Source: Candidatus Helarchaeota archaeon (GTDB taxonomy: Archaea > Asgardarchaeota > Lokiarchaeia > Helarchaeales > RDOG01). From it: a stretch of DNA of 64,000 nt. The stretch is taken from contig JALGVI010000012.1 of the NCBI GenBank assembly GCA_029838215.1, positions 1-64,000 on the forward strand, in the 5' to 3' direction. A model generated the notes under the pieces. The model was not told where the DNA came from, did no database searches, and saw only the letters and a list, made by a program, of their open reading frames with translations. Position 1 is the first letter of the stretch; each line of letters begins with the position of its first letter. Position numbers and translations under genes: made by a program. Of this stretch, positions 29,103 to 38,280 are shown in pieces.

Positions 29103-30890
29103 ATGTCGATATTGCCGTGGGAATTCATGACCGTGAATGTTTTTGATTTTTTTTCAGAAAAATGTGAATTTTTACTAAAAAACAGGAAAGATATAGAAGA
29201 TTTGAATGAATATCTAAAGACAAAAACCGGTCTTAAAAATTTTTTTAGATCATTTGATGATTTAAATAAATTCCAAAAATTTATTAACGCCGAAAAGGAA
29301 CTTGCCGAGAAAAGTCGAGACTTAGGCGATTTTCAAACCCCAATACAGCTTACGGATAGAATCTGCAAGCATCTATCAGATATGAATATTGATCCTTACA
29401 TCTTAATTGAGCCCACGTGCGGTATTGGTAATTTCATCATTTCTGCATTGGATCATTTCCCGTCTTTGAAGCACATCTATTGCATTGAAATCCAAGAAGA
29501 TCACGAGTGGCGTTTTAAATTAAATTTAATGCAGAAATCCCTTGAAAAAAATATCAAGACAGAAATCTCTTTTAGCCGAGATAATATTTTTGCCCATCAA
29601 TATTCAAGACGCCTGATTCAATTACTACGCAAATATCCCGGAAGAGTCCTAATTTTAGGGAATCCACCCTGGGTTACGAACACCGAGCTTTCGCTATTAA
29701 ATTCAAATAATCTTCCATCGAAATCGAACATAAAAAAGCACAGAGGAATAGAAGCAATAACTGGAAAAGGAAATTTCGATATTGCGGAAGGCATCATCAT
29801 CCAAATGATTAAAGCATTCTCGAAATATAAAGGAACGCTTGCAATGCTTTGCAAAACCACAGTAATCAAGAATTTAGTTAAGGACATGAATAAATTAAGC
29901 CTAAATTTATCAAATCTCGAGGCATTTCAAATTGAAACAAAGAAAGAATTTGGCATTAACGCCGATGCGGCTTTATTTTTTGCGAACTTGGGTCATGACA
30001 GAGAAGAGTTTTGTAGTTACTCGTCTCTAGATGAGCCCGAACAGTCATATAATACTTTTGGTTGGGTAGATAATAATTTTGTATCGGACATTGAAGCTTA
30101 TAAGAAATACAAGTTTTTAGATGGAGAATCTAATCTTATTTGGAGACAAGGAGTAAAACACGATGCAACTAAGATAATGGTCCTGAAGGAAAATAAGATG
30201 GGTCTTTTAACAAATGGTTTGGATGAAATTATTGACATTGAAGACACCTTATTATATCCTTTTTTGAAAAGTTCCGATCTAAAAGGGGGAATAATTAAAA
30301 CATCCAACAAGATGATAATCATAACCCAAACATCTCTCAAAGATGATACTACTAAGATCTCAAAGAAGTTTCCAAAACTTTGGAATTACCTGCTCACCCA
30401 TGGGGAACGTCTGGACCGCCGGAAGTCCGTAATTTATGAGAAAAGACCACGTTTTTCAATTTTTGGCATCGGAGACTATGCATTCAGTCCTTACAAAGTG
30501 GCAATTTCTGGCTTTTATAAGAAACCTAGGTTCTCTCTTATATTTCCGATTAATGAGAAACCAGTAATGCTCGATGATACCTGCTATTATTTATCCTTTA
30601 ATTCCTTGAAAGAAGCCTTGATCGCCTGGACCTTGTTTAGTACTCCTGAAATTAAGAATTTCTTGAAATCAATTGTATTTTTAGATTCAAAACGACCATA
30701 CACGAAAGAAAAGCTGATGAGAATAGATCTCTCAAAACTAGTAAACTCTTACTCATTTAAAGAAACCAAAACGTTTTTTGACAATAATCTAAAGCAATTT
30801 TTGGATTATGAAATAACGTCAGAAGATTTCATGGTTTTCAAAAAGAAATTAAATGAAGAAACAGATTCTCTACTCAGATACGTAAAATAA
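29103..30890 (+). CDS. N6-adenine DNA methyltransferase (gamma class), apparently orphan
   Basis: LGDFQTP, IEPTCGIGNF and GNPPWV, followed by a C-terminal target-recognition region. The DNA looks more AT-rich than its neighbours. Confidence 0.88.
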   Translation: MSILPWEFMTVNVFDFFSEKCEFLLKNRKDIEDLNEYLKTKTGLKNFFRSFDDLNKFQKFINAEKELAEKSRDLGDFQTPIQLTDRICKHLSDMNIDPYILIEPTCGIGNFIISALDHFPSLKHIYCIEIQEDHEWRFKLNLMQKSLEKNIKTEISFSRDNIFAHQYSRRLIQLLRKYPGRVLILGNPPWVTNTELSLLNSNNLPSKSNIKKHRGIEAITGKGNFDIAEGIIIQMIKAFSKYKGTLAMLCKTTVIKNLVKDMNKLSLNLSNLEAFQIETKKEFGINADAALFFANLGHDREEFCSYSSLDEPEQSYNTFGWVDNNFVSDIEAYKKYKFLDGESNLIWRQGVKHDATKIMVLKENKMGLLTNGLDEIIDIEDTLLYPFLKSSDLKGGIIKTSNKMIIITQTSLKDDTTKISKKFPKLWNYLLTHGERLDRRKSVIYEKRPRFSIFGIGDYAFSPYKVAISGFYKKPRFSLIFPINEKPVMLDDTCYYLSFNSLKEALIAWTLFSTPEIKNFLKSIVFLDSKRPYTKEKLMRIDLSKLVNSYSFKETKTFFDNNLKQFLDYEITSEDFMVFKKKLNEETDSLLRYVK

Positions 30891-31072
30891 ATAAAAATAA
30901 ACTTAATATTCTGAGCAGAAAAACGGTTTCTTTTCCCAATCTCGGTTAAAAAAGCAAAGAAAGCCCGTTTATCACGAATTTCAACATTTGATTTGTCGTC
31001 AAAGTTTTTAACTAGTTCATCAGATAGAAATCCAACCTATTGATTAGGTTCCAAATTTACGGAGCTAAGAAA

Positions 31073-32248
31073 ATGCCTCTAACTTGGAGAACGAGACTTC
31101 TAATTTTAGTTGTTGTTGCCTCGTCTGCTATTGGAGCGGCACTTTTAAATCAGGCACTCATTTTAATTGAGTTGCCGGGTGATCCTAATGCAAAGGAGGC
31201 ATATTTTTTCCAGACAAATCGATTTGCCACCTATCTTTATGAGGATGGTACCTACGGACATCAAATAACTTTGACCGTGCAAAGCTTATTGGAGAACGCG
31301 ACACATGCTCACGTTAGAATCCTCATCAGTGGTGCCGAACAGGGTGATTTTTACGTTGAACCTATCACGGGAATCGTGTACCAGAATGGCGTTTTAGACA
31401 ATAATTACAGTATCTGGTGGATTTACGCACCAAATCCGATGTTATCCTTAGGTCAGGGATTAGTACTTGGAACGACGTATAACGTGATCGATCCAACGGG
31501 CTTTTTAGGAATCGTAGATCGAACCTACACCATGATCGTTGAGCAAAAACATGTTTATTGGCCACATGATCAAGCATTATGGTTCATTTTAGGTGCACAG
31601 GCAAGCTTTGACGTGGGACTTTATGATAAGACAAATAACAAGAGAATCTCAACCGCAACCTTGGATCTAACCTGTGGCGTCATTGAATTGTGGGAAGGCG
31701 CTCAAAGCAATCAAATCAAAATGACGTTGACAATCACGGACTTTCCCATCTCTCGCAATAGAATTAACATATTACCCTGGGTATTTATTTTTGGAGCAGT
31801 CCTATGTGCCGTGAGTTATCTCCTAATGAGGAAAAAATGGGAAAATAAAACTCTTGCACTAATGAACATTGAACCAGAAAAACGAAATGAAGTAACTATT
31901 CTAATGATAGCAGGAGTTGGAGCAATTGCCATCGAATTCGTAGACATCTGGTTTTATGCACCTTTAGGTTTGGGTGGAAATCTACTCTTGCATTTGGGAT
32001 ATGTGCTGGGTCTGGCCGTAATCATCTATAAATACAAGTATGGTTTTAGATGGTTGACTCCCGCAATCTTGGAAATACTCTTTGTTGGCGCAATTAACCT
32101 CATCACGAACGATCCGTACGTTCCACACTTGACGGCGTTCATGGGTTCAATGATAAGCTGGATCTGCCTCCTATTCGTTAGCGGCTACGAGAGAAACTTT
32201 GATGAAGGCAACAACATCGTCCAAAAAATAATTTCAAAATTCATCTAA
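31073..32248 (+). CDS. Hypothetical membrane protein (N-terminal anchor, extracytoplasmic beta domain, C-terminal TM bundle)
   Basis: Hydrophobicity pattern. ATG at 31073 after GGAG is preferred over the ORF-track start at 31040. Confidence 0.7.
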   Translation: MPLTWRTRLLILVVVASSAIGAALLNQALILIELPGDPNAKEAYFFQTNRFATYLYEDGTYGHQITLTVQSLLENATHAHVRILISGAEQGDFYVEPITGIVYQNGVLDNNYSIWWIYAPNPMLSLGQGLVLGTTYNVIDPTGFLGIVDRTYTMIVEQKHVYWPHDQALWFILGAQASFDVGLYDKTNNKRISTATLDLTCGVIELWEGAQSNQIKMTLTITDFPISRNRINILPWVFIFGAVLCAVSYLLMRKKWENKTLALMNIEPEKRNEVTILMIAGVGAIAIEFVDIWFYAPLGLGGNLLLHLGYVLGLAVIIYKYKYGFRWLTPAILEILFVGAINLITNDPYVPHLTAFMGSMISWICLLFVSGYERNFDEGNNIVQKIISKFI

Positions 32249-33624
32249 TTTTTTTTTTCGTTCTTTTCCAGAATTTTGCCTGCTCGTTCAGTCAAGAGCT
32301 GACTAATTTTTGCACGATCCTTATCGAAAAATAACAGGATAAAAAACCAACTCACGATCCCGGGAATACCAAATAGAAGTCCTAAAGTCATTGAAAGTTG
32401 AAAATTCCCACTCGTGAGAAGGAGAAATATCCCTGCAAGAAATGGACCAAATCCGTGTCCAATGGCTTCCAGAAATCGATTGATGGCATATGTGGTTCCT
32501 CGACTTTCGGGCAAGTTCAGCATTTCCATTATTGGTGCTTGATTGATATCCCACAATGAGCCAACAATCGTGACTGCCGCCACTATGCCACCAATCATGA
32601 GAATTCCAGGATTCAGGAATACAAAAAAGAAATTCCTTCCTTGCGATTCGGTCATTGGGATGATTGGAATGTAAATCAAGATCAACATGAAAATAAAAGT
32701 TGAAATGAGCATGAAAATGATGAGACGAACGCGATTCAATGGTTTATTCTGAGCGACACGATCGGAAACGCGAGAAAGAAAAGTTACTCCAAAGATCGTT
32801 GCTGGAAATGAAAAAAGTATCATTACCAGCGATGCCATCAACGATGATAACCGTCCTGCTCCAGTTTGAAGAAATGGAAACAACATCGTGCTGAAAAGAC
32901 CCCACATGATATAAGAAGAAATTCCCTCGACCAATATAAAGATAATTGAACGTGTTTTGGATAGAACCCGTAGCGATTCCAAGTTAAATTTATGTCCGTA
33001 CTCCATGTCTTTTACCATGACCTGTTCGAGCTCTTTTTCCTTGGAGCCAATTTTAAAATTCACGCCGAAAAACACGTATAGAAATAATATGAAAACCGAG
33101 ATGAATCCAAGAATGAGAAAGGAAAATTGCCAGATATATACCAGTATAGAGCCGTAAAGGAGCCCAACATTGTATCCAAGATAGACGGCTACCGCAATTG
33201 ACCCGAACACCTTTCCTTTTTCTTCTTTCCGTGTTGCATCACCCATGATGGCTTGAGCCACCGGTATGAATCCGCCTTCCGAAAATCCCAACAAAATTTG
33301 ACTTAATAATAATTGAAAATATGAGTATGAAAATCCTGCAATAAAAAGCCCGATTACCGACAAAATTAAAGTGACACACACGATCTTCTTACGTGAATAA
33401 CGATCAGCCAAGATGCCGAAAATTAAACAAGAAACCGCAAAAGCCCAAGAATGAATGGCAAGCATCATGGTAATTTCTAAGGCGTGGAAGGGCTGACCTG
33501 GCCAAAAATAAAGTGAATACTGAATCTGATTCGGAATGATCATGACTTGAGTGATCTGTCCAAAGAAAAAAATAAAAAATATTAAATACAACGTCAGTGA
33601 ATTGAGAGAGGATTTCAGGTTCAT
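32245..33624 (-). CDS. MFS transporter
   Basis: GILADRYSRK (motif A) and about 12 TM helices. Confidence 0.93.
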   Translation of the reverse strand: MNLKSSLNSLTLYLIFFIFFFGQITQVMIIPNQIQYSLYFWPGQPFHALEITMMLAIHSWAFAVSCLIFGILADRYSRKKIVCVTLILSVIGLFIAGFSYSYFQLLLSQILLGFSEGGFIPVAQAIMGDATRKEEKGKVFGSIAVAVYLGYNVGLLYGSILVYIWQFSFLILGFISVFILFLYVFFGVNFKIGSKEKELEQVMVKDMEYGHKFNLESLRVLSKTRSIIFILVEGISSYIMWGLFSTMLFPFLQTGAGRLSSLMASLVMILFSFPATIFGVTFLSRVSDRVAQNKPLNRVRLIIFMLISTFIFMLILIYIPIIPMTESQGRNFFFVFLNPGILMIGGIVAAVTIVGSLWDINQAPIMEMLNLPESRGTTYAINRFLEAIGHGFGPFLAGIFLLLTSGNFQLSMTLGLLFGIPGIVSWFFILLFFDKDRAKISQLLTERAGKILEKNEKKN

Positions 33625-33773
33625 TAAAATTCCCTACGATGAGGATTTCAGGAAGACTGCGGTCCGAAAATTCATTTGCCAACTTATTAAAAGTTATAAA
33701 CGACCGTCATCTTTTAAAAATATCCTGATGAAAATTTATCAGATCAATCAATGGATATTAGGAGTTTTTTCCA

Positions 33774-34637
33774 ATGAACGTTCTGACATGTAGTAAGTGT
33801 TCAGCTGATGCGGTGCCGGTCAAGATCGTTAATAAGTTAGATTATTATGCGTTGGTTTTGTTCTGTCCTGAATGTCACAAAAAAACTAATACGGAATTGA
33901 GTTTTAACGTCCAAGATTGGATCAAGGACGTGGCTGCAAGTTATTTTCTTTGTGATTATTGCGGTTACGATAACAGGGATAATTGGCGTTATAAGGATGA
34001 ATTGGCACCATCAGTAGGGATCGCGCCAGTATTCATGCCATATCCTCGACCTTTCAGAGGACCGAGACCACCATTTCGGCGTCCTTTTCATCCGTATTGG
34101 GGACCAAGACCGCATTGGCGAGTTCATCCGATGCCGTTTTTTGATTTTCATCATAACATGGAGCGGGTCAAAATCGTGTTTAAATGCCCAAATTGTGGAA
34201 AGAAACGTGCGAAAGTGGCAGACAGGAAACTCTGGCCCCAGATCTTGCGAATAAATAAATTCAAAGAAATACAAGAAACGGTTGAAACGCGCGAACAACA
34301 AGAAAAACTCCAATTCGAGTGCGAACAGTGTGGCACCATTCTGAATGAAGACGACACGTCATGTCCTAATTGTGGTGCATTCCTAAGGTGCACGTGCGGT
34401 GCTCCTATCGTGCCAAATGCAATTTTCTGCCTGAAATGCGGACAGAGATTTGAAGATATCAAACCGCCAATAAAGGAACTAGAATGTCCGTGCTGTGGAG
34501 AACCCGTTAATGAAGACTTGAGTTTTTGCCGACGGTGCGGGCAGGAAATCAAGTGCGATAAATGCGGAAATCCAATAGTCGAAGGATCGAATTATTGCAT
34601 CGTCTGCGGGGACCCCGTACAAAAAGGAAATAAGTAA
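33774..34637 (+). CDS. Multi-zinc-ribbon (DZR-like) protein with Pro/Arg-rich insert
   Basis: About 12 Cys knuckles, plus the PYPRPFRGPRPPFRRPFHPYWGPRPHW segment. Confidence 0.85.
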   Translation: MNVLTCSKCSADAVPVKIVNKLDYYALVLFCPECHKKTNTELSFNVQDWIKDVAASYFLCDYCGYDNRDNWRYKDELAPSVGIAPVFMPYPRPFRGPRPPFRRPFHPYWGPRPHWRVHPMPFFDFHHNMERVKIVFKCPNCGKKRAKVADRKLWPQILRINKFKEIQETVETREQQEKLQFECEQCGTILNEDDTSCPNCGAFLRCTCGAPIVPNAIFCLKCGQRFEDIKPPIKELECPCCGEPVNEDLSFCRRCGQEIKCDKCGNPIVEGSNYCIVCGDPVQKGNK

Positions 34638-34779
34638 AGCAAGACAAATTTACTTACAAGACGTAAAAAATGAATTTCTTTGATTGACGAAATCATATAA
34701 TAACATTATTATAATTAACATCTAGTTAGAAATGATAGAAGATTTTTAGAATTCAAAGTTGATATAGGAGACTGATCGA

Positions 34780-35007
34780 ATGGCAATTGCTCAAGAAAAA
34801 GTTAAAGAAGCGATCGATAAGATTCGACCCTCCCTTCAAGCCGATGGTGGCAATATCGAGTTACTCGGTATTGAGGGCAACAAGGTAAAAGTTAGACTTT
34901 TAGGTGCGTGTTCGGGATGCGCCATGTCGCAATATACCTTAAAAATGGGAGTGGAACGATTTCTTAGAGAACAAGTTTCTAAAGATATTGAAGTAATTAC
35001 GGGTTAA
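34780..35007 (+). CDS. NifU C-terminal-domain (Nfu-type) Fe-S carrier
   Basis: IRPSLQADGGNIEL, LLGACSGCAMS..TLK.GVE; GGAG RBS. Confidence 0.93.
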   Translation: MAIAQEKVKEAIDKIRPSLQADGGNIELLGIEGNKVKVRLLGACSGCAMSQYTLKMGVERFLREQVSKDIEVITG

Positions 35008-35098
35008 TTTGAAAGAAATCGTTAGATTAGATCAAACTTCTTTTTATTCCATTTTTTTCCTTTTAATTTCCAAGATTAGTTGGAAATTTCTCAAAAAA

Positions 35099-35374
35099 TC
35101 ATTCGTTTATCGGGACTTGATATTCTTCTTCACGTGTTTCACGGGTTTTTTCTTTGATCAGGTCGCAGCCTGCCACGTGCAATACGACGCGATTTTCTTC
35201 TTTGATAATAACGGGATTATTTTTTGCGATAAAAGCAGAAATAAATCGCCCGGATCGCTCTTTTAAAATTTTATTGATATTTGTATTCGTCAGGTACTGA
35301 TCTTGAAGTCCCAAGAAGTTTAAACCGAGGACTTTTTTCACTTCAGTTTCGAGTTCGGCAGTAAGACTTGCCAT
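35099..35374 (-). CDS. Hypothetical protein
   Basis: Plausible 91-aa ORF from the ATG at 35374 that fills the gap between genes; no recognised motif. Confidence 0.45.
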   Translation of the reverse strand: MASLTAELETEVKKVLGLNFLGLQDQYLTNTNINKILKERSGRFISAFIAKNNPVIIKEENRVVLHVAGCDLIKEKTRETREEEYQVPINE

Positions 35375-35490
35375 TTTTGTATCTAGAAACCGAGAAAGTG
35401 CCTCTCGATAGCATTTACATTCCTTAATTCTCATTTTTCTCAAGTTATCATTGGATCACGGCAATAAAAATCTACGGATCGAAAAATTGC

Positions 35491-36594
35491 TCAACGATAG
35501 ACGAAATCCTGACGTGTTTCAAGTATGATTCTATAGATTGCGTTTGGATTTTTATCTTCGCGGGTTTTCTGAAGGATTCGAGTCGTGATAGGCGTGGCAA
35601 TGCCATGAGCAGCCATTGCGATCACTGCAATCTTGCCATAATCGAGAAGTTGCGTGGCAGATTTTTGCGCTTTTTTAAAATAGGCGGATTCTTTCTTTGA
35701 TAATCTCTTGCCTTGGTTTTTCTTGTGAAGTATCTTTCGAATCTCGTGATCATCCAAAGTAAATACGGCAAGAAAGCGTGAACCGCAATTGACACATGTT
35801 GGATGTTCGGGCATGGTCTTCACCATGTAGGTTGCTTCCCATTTTTGGCAGTAAAGACAAAAAAGACGGAATACTTTATCCTTTAGCATCTCTTTAACTT
35901 CTTCCATGTCTTTTTCAGAAATCTTAGGTTTCTTTGGACGAATCCACTGTATGGTTGGAACTATCACGTCTTTCATCTGAGAACGTGTCGTTCTTATGAG
36001 TTTCATGTCGCCCTTATTAATCCGCCTTCGTATTTTTTCGCTCTTCAAGGCTTGAAAATCGTCCAAGTCAGGAATGTTTGATTTCAATTTTTTTAGCCTG
36101 CGTTCCACAAAAGAAACGTTTTTGAGCATTTCGACCTTCTGGTCCACGTTTGAGACGTGTTCTTGTAGATAGTTTTCAAGTTCTTTTACCAATCCCTTTT
36201 GATTAATGAGAAGATAGACTTGGTCTTCCAGATCGTTTAATTTTTCCTGTTTCGAAAGTTTGCGTGGTCGAATCGGCTTATTTTTCATTTCTTTTAAGAG
36301 GATCTTGTCATCCTTCAGAAACTCTTGGTCCAATTCCTCGAGGAGTTTTTCTTCTTCGATGTCTCGTTTAGACTTTATTGGAGGCAGAACATAAACGACA
36401 TCATCAAGATCCGAATCCCTTGCCACTGCGGCTTTCTCAAAATCATCTATCCTTACATTGTCATCAAGAAAAACAAACTCAGGTTTACGCTCAAATAAGG
36501 AGCTCGAAATAGACGTGGAAACATCTTGAAGAAGTCTTTTGTATTCGTCAAAAGAAATTATTCTTTCTTTCATTTTGTATTCGTTTAATTCCAT
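35491..36594 (-). CDS. Protein resembling the Cys-rich C-terminal region of archaeal Lhr-type helicases, without helicase core
   Basis: LFCLYCQKWE..PTCVNCGSRFLAV..SATQLLDYGKIAVIAMAAHGI..RIL; the N-half is charged and coiled-coil-like, with no Walker or DEAH motifs. Confidence 0.7.
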   Translation of the reverse strand: MELNEYKMKERIISFDEYKRLLQDVSTSISSSLFERKPEFVFLDDNVRIDDFEKAAVARDSDLDDVVYVLPPIKSKRDIEEEKLLEELDQEFLKDDKILLKEMKNKPIRPRKLSKQEKLNDLEDQVYLLINQKGLVKELENYLQEHVSNVDQKVEMLKNVSFVERRLKKLKSNIPDLDDFQALKSEKIRRRINKGDMKLIRTTRSQMKDVIVPTIQWIRPKKPKISEKDMEEVKEMLKDKVFRLFCLYCQKWEATYMVKTMPEHPTCVNCGSRFLAVFTLDDHEIRKILHKKNQGKRLSKKESAYFKKAQKSATQLLDYGKIAVIAMAAHGIATPITTRILQKTREDKNPNAIYRIILETRQDFVYR

Positions 36595-36618
36595 TTTTTA
36601 AATATGGGAGAAAAACGC

Positions 36619-36786
36619 TCATTCTTCGTCTTCTTTTTCCTTGCCTATCAAAATATAAGCCATGATTAGAATGATCCCTAAAAACACCAACGATAGAACG
36701 CCATAATAGATAGTCTGGTACTGATCCGATGTCACGGACAGCAGATAAATTGCATCTGTAAGGATCATCGCAACACCACTTAACAA
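36619..36786 (-). CDS. Small 2-TM protein (about 55 aa)
   Basis: Hand translation: (M)LSGVAMILTDAIYLLSVTSDQYQTIYYGVLSLVFLGIILIMAYILIGKEKEDEE*. It is below the ORF-track cutoff and co-oriented with its neighbours. Confidence 0.55.
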   Translation of the reverse strand: MLSGVAMILTDAIYLLSVTSDQYQTIYYGVLSLVFLGIILIMAYILIGKEKEDEE

Positions 36787-36809
36787 CTTTTATGATTTCG
36801 ATTTTTATA

Positions 36810-37190
36810 TTAAATATTTCGCCATTCTTTCATTAAATTTTTATAATTTTCATCAGAAACTTCATAGACTTTAAAGAGATTCAACGGCTCTGCTAGAAGG
36901 CGGGCAAGCAGGTGATAACAAATTTCGCTCTTTTTATTCATGACATTCATGTAAAAATCATCACAATTACAATATTTGTTTTTAATCGTGAGATAGTCAC
37001 GCTTTTTTCCAAGGACAATCCATACCACGCGATTACTCGGATGAAACATGTATTTTAACACACGCTTCTCCAAGATCACCCGAAATGCCTTGAAAAATCT
37101 TTCACCGTAATGTTCTGTTAATTCGTTCAATAACTTGCCCGATATTGTTTCATCTTTAATTTGAGGGAGAACTTCATCAATGAATCTCAT
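36810..37190 (-). CDS. SWIM zinc-finger protein
   Basis: YCNCDDF..ICYHLLA. Confidence 0.9.
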   Translation of the reverse strand: MRFIDEVLPQIKDETISGKLLNELTEHYGERFFKAFRVILEKRVLKYMFHPSNRVVWIVLGKKRDYLTIKNKYCNCDDFYMNVMNKKSEICYHLLARLLAEPLNLFKVYEVSDENYKNLMKEWRNI

Positions 37191-37299
37191 GAAACTCGTT
37201 CCTAAATAGAATTTAATTTTAACGATATTATTAAAAGAATTTGAGTTGATTGCTTTCTAAATTCCACTTCCTCATTACATTAAAAATTTAACTTTAATA

Positions 37300-37467
37300 T
37301 GGTGGGAGATGCGTGATTTTCGCACGCCCACGCAAGTAAATAAAACGTGAACGTGATTCGAACACGCGATCCCTGGTTGTTTCGCGCAGAATGCGACCCG
37401 AAACCAGAATCCTAGCCAAGACAAGAAACATCTCTTGTCATTCATAGCCAAGCTAGACCAATCTCCC
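37300..37467 (-). tRNA. tRNA-Pro(CGG) with three introns (22/23, 37/38, 59/60); CCA encoded
   Basis: The spliced sequence GGGAGATTGGTCTAGCTTGGCTATGATTCTGGTTTCGGGAACCAGGGATCGCGTGTTCGAATCACGCATCTCCCACCA folds into a cloverleaf: acceptor GGGAGAT/ATCTCCC, anticodon stem CTGGT/ACCAG, T-stem GCGTG/CACGC. Introns are at 37412-37443, 37379-37396 and 37317-37356. Confidence 0.9.
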
Positions 37468-37578
37468 ATCAGGAAACAAATTTTTTCTTATGAGAAGATT
37501 CGGTATCTCGAATCATAATTATGTATTAAAAAAATTTATTAAAATTTAATGCAAGTAGTATAACGTAAGAATTTTCGG

Positions 37579-37983
37579 ATGGATGAGGAATTGACGAAAA
37601 AGCTCTCAGGAATTACCGCAAAAGAGTGCATGATTAAAGATCCGATGACGATCCCATCAACTGAGCAAATTGCCGCAGCAGATCTTTTAATGCTCCGCAA
37701 TAATATAGGTGGATTACCTGTAGTTGATGACGGCATTCTCGTAGGGATCTTGACCTTACGGGATATTCTCATTTCACGGTTCTCGCATTCTATTGGTGGA
37801 ATCAAAGTTAGAGATCTCATGACGAAAAATCCAATTACAGTCACGCCTGACACGCCTCTCAAAGAGATTCTAAAGATTTACACGGAAAAAGGGATCGAAC
37901 GACTTCCAGTAGTCAAGGACGGGGATGTCATTGGAATCGTGGTTCATCGAAAAATACTTGAAAAAATACATGATAACATATAA
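37579..37983 (+). CDS. CBS-domain pair protein
   Basis: M..DP.TI..IGGLPVVDDGILVGILT.RD and MTKNPITV..IERLPVV. Confidence 0.95.
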   Translation: MDEELTKKLSGITAKECMIKDPMTIPSTEQIAAADLLMLRNNIGGLPVVDDGILVGILTLRDILISRFSHSIGGIKVRDLMTKNPITVTPDTPLKEILKIYTEKGIERLPVVKDGDVIGIVVHRKILEKIHDNI

Positions 37984-38280
37984 CAAAGATTCTTTTCTTT
38001 TTATCATTTCGGACTAATTGATCATCCCTCCATTTTAAATTTCATCAACAAATTTGACTGGCAGCATTCAAAATCTAAACATTTTAAAGAAGGAAAATTA
38101 ATCTATCAAAGGAATTTATGAATTATGCCTATAAATTCTTCCTGAATAATGAAATTAAGGAGATCTAAATAAGGAAATCGAGCTTGCGGGGAAGTATTTC
38201 TCAAGTTCGAGCAGGATTTCTAATAATTACAAAAAAATTCAGGGCGAAGGAAGAAAGTAAGATCATTTAGGTGATATGTC

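Noticed and set aside
34696-34713. TATAATAA-CA-TTATTATA inverted repeat upstream of the Nfu gene
   Set aside because: The arms consist only of A/T in an AT-rich promoter region, where such palindromes are expected by chance.
35009-35266. 85-aa plus-strand ORF downstream of the Nfu gene
   Set aside because: It is Phe-rich, low-complexity and overlaps a more plausible minus-strand ORF; probably a shadow.
37275-37469. 64-aa ORF in the ORF track
   Set aside because: It overlaps the intron-containing tRNA-Pro exactly and is a spurious frame.
38174-38220. Imperfect hairpin (GAGCTTG/CAAGTTC) upstream of porA, a possible riboswitch or leader
   Set aside because: The stem is short and GU-containing, with no recognisable riboswitch consensus.
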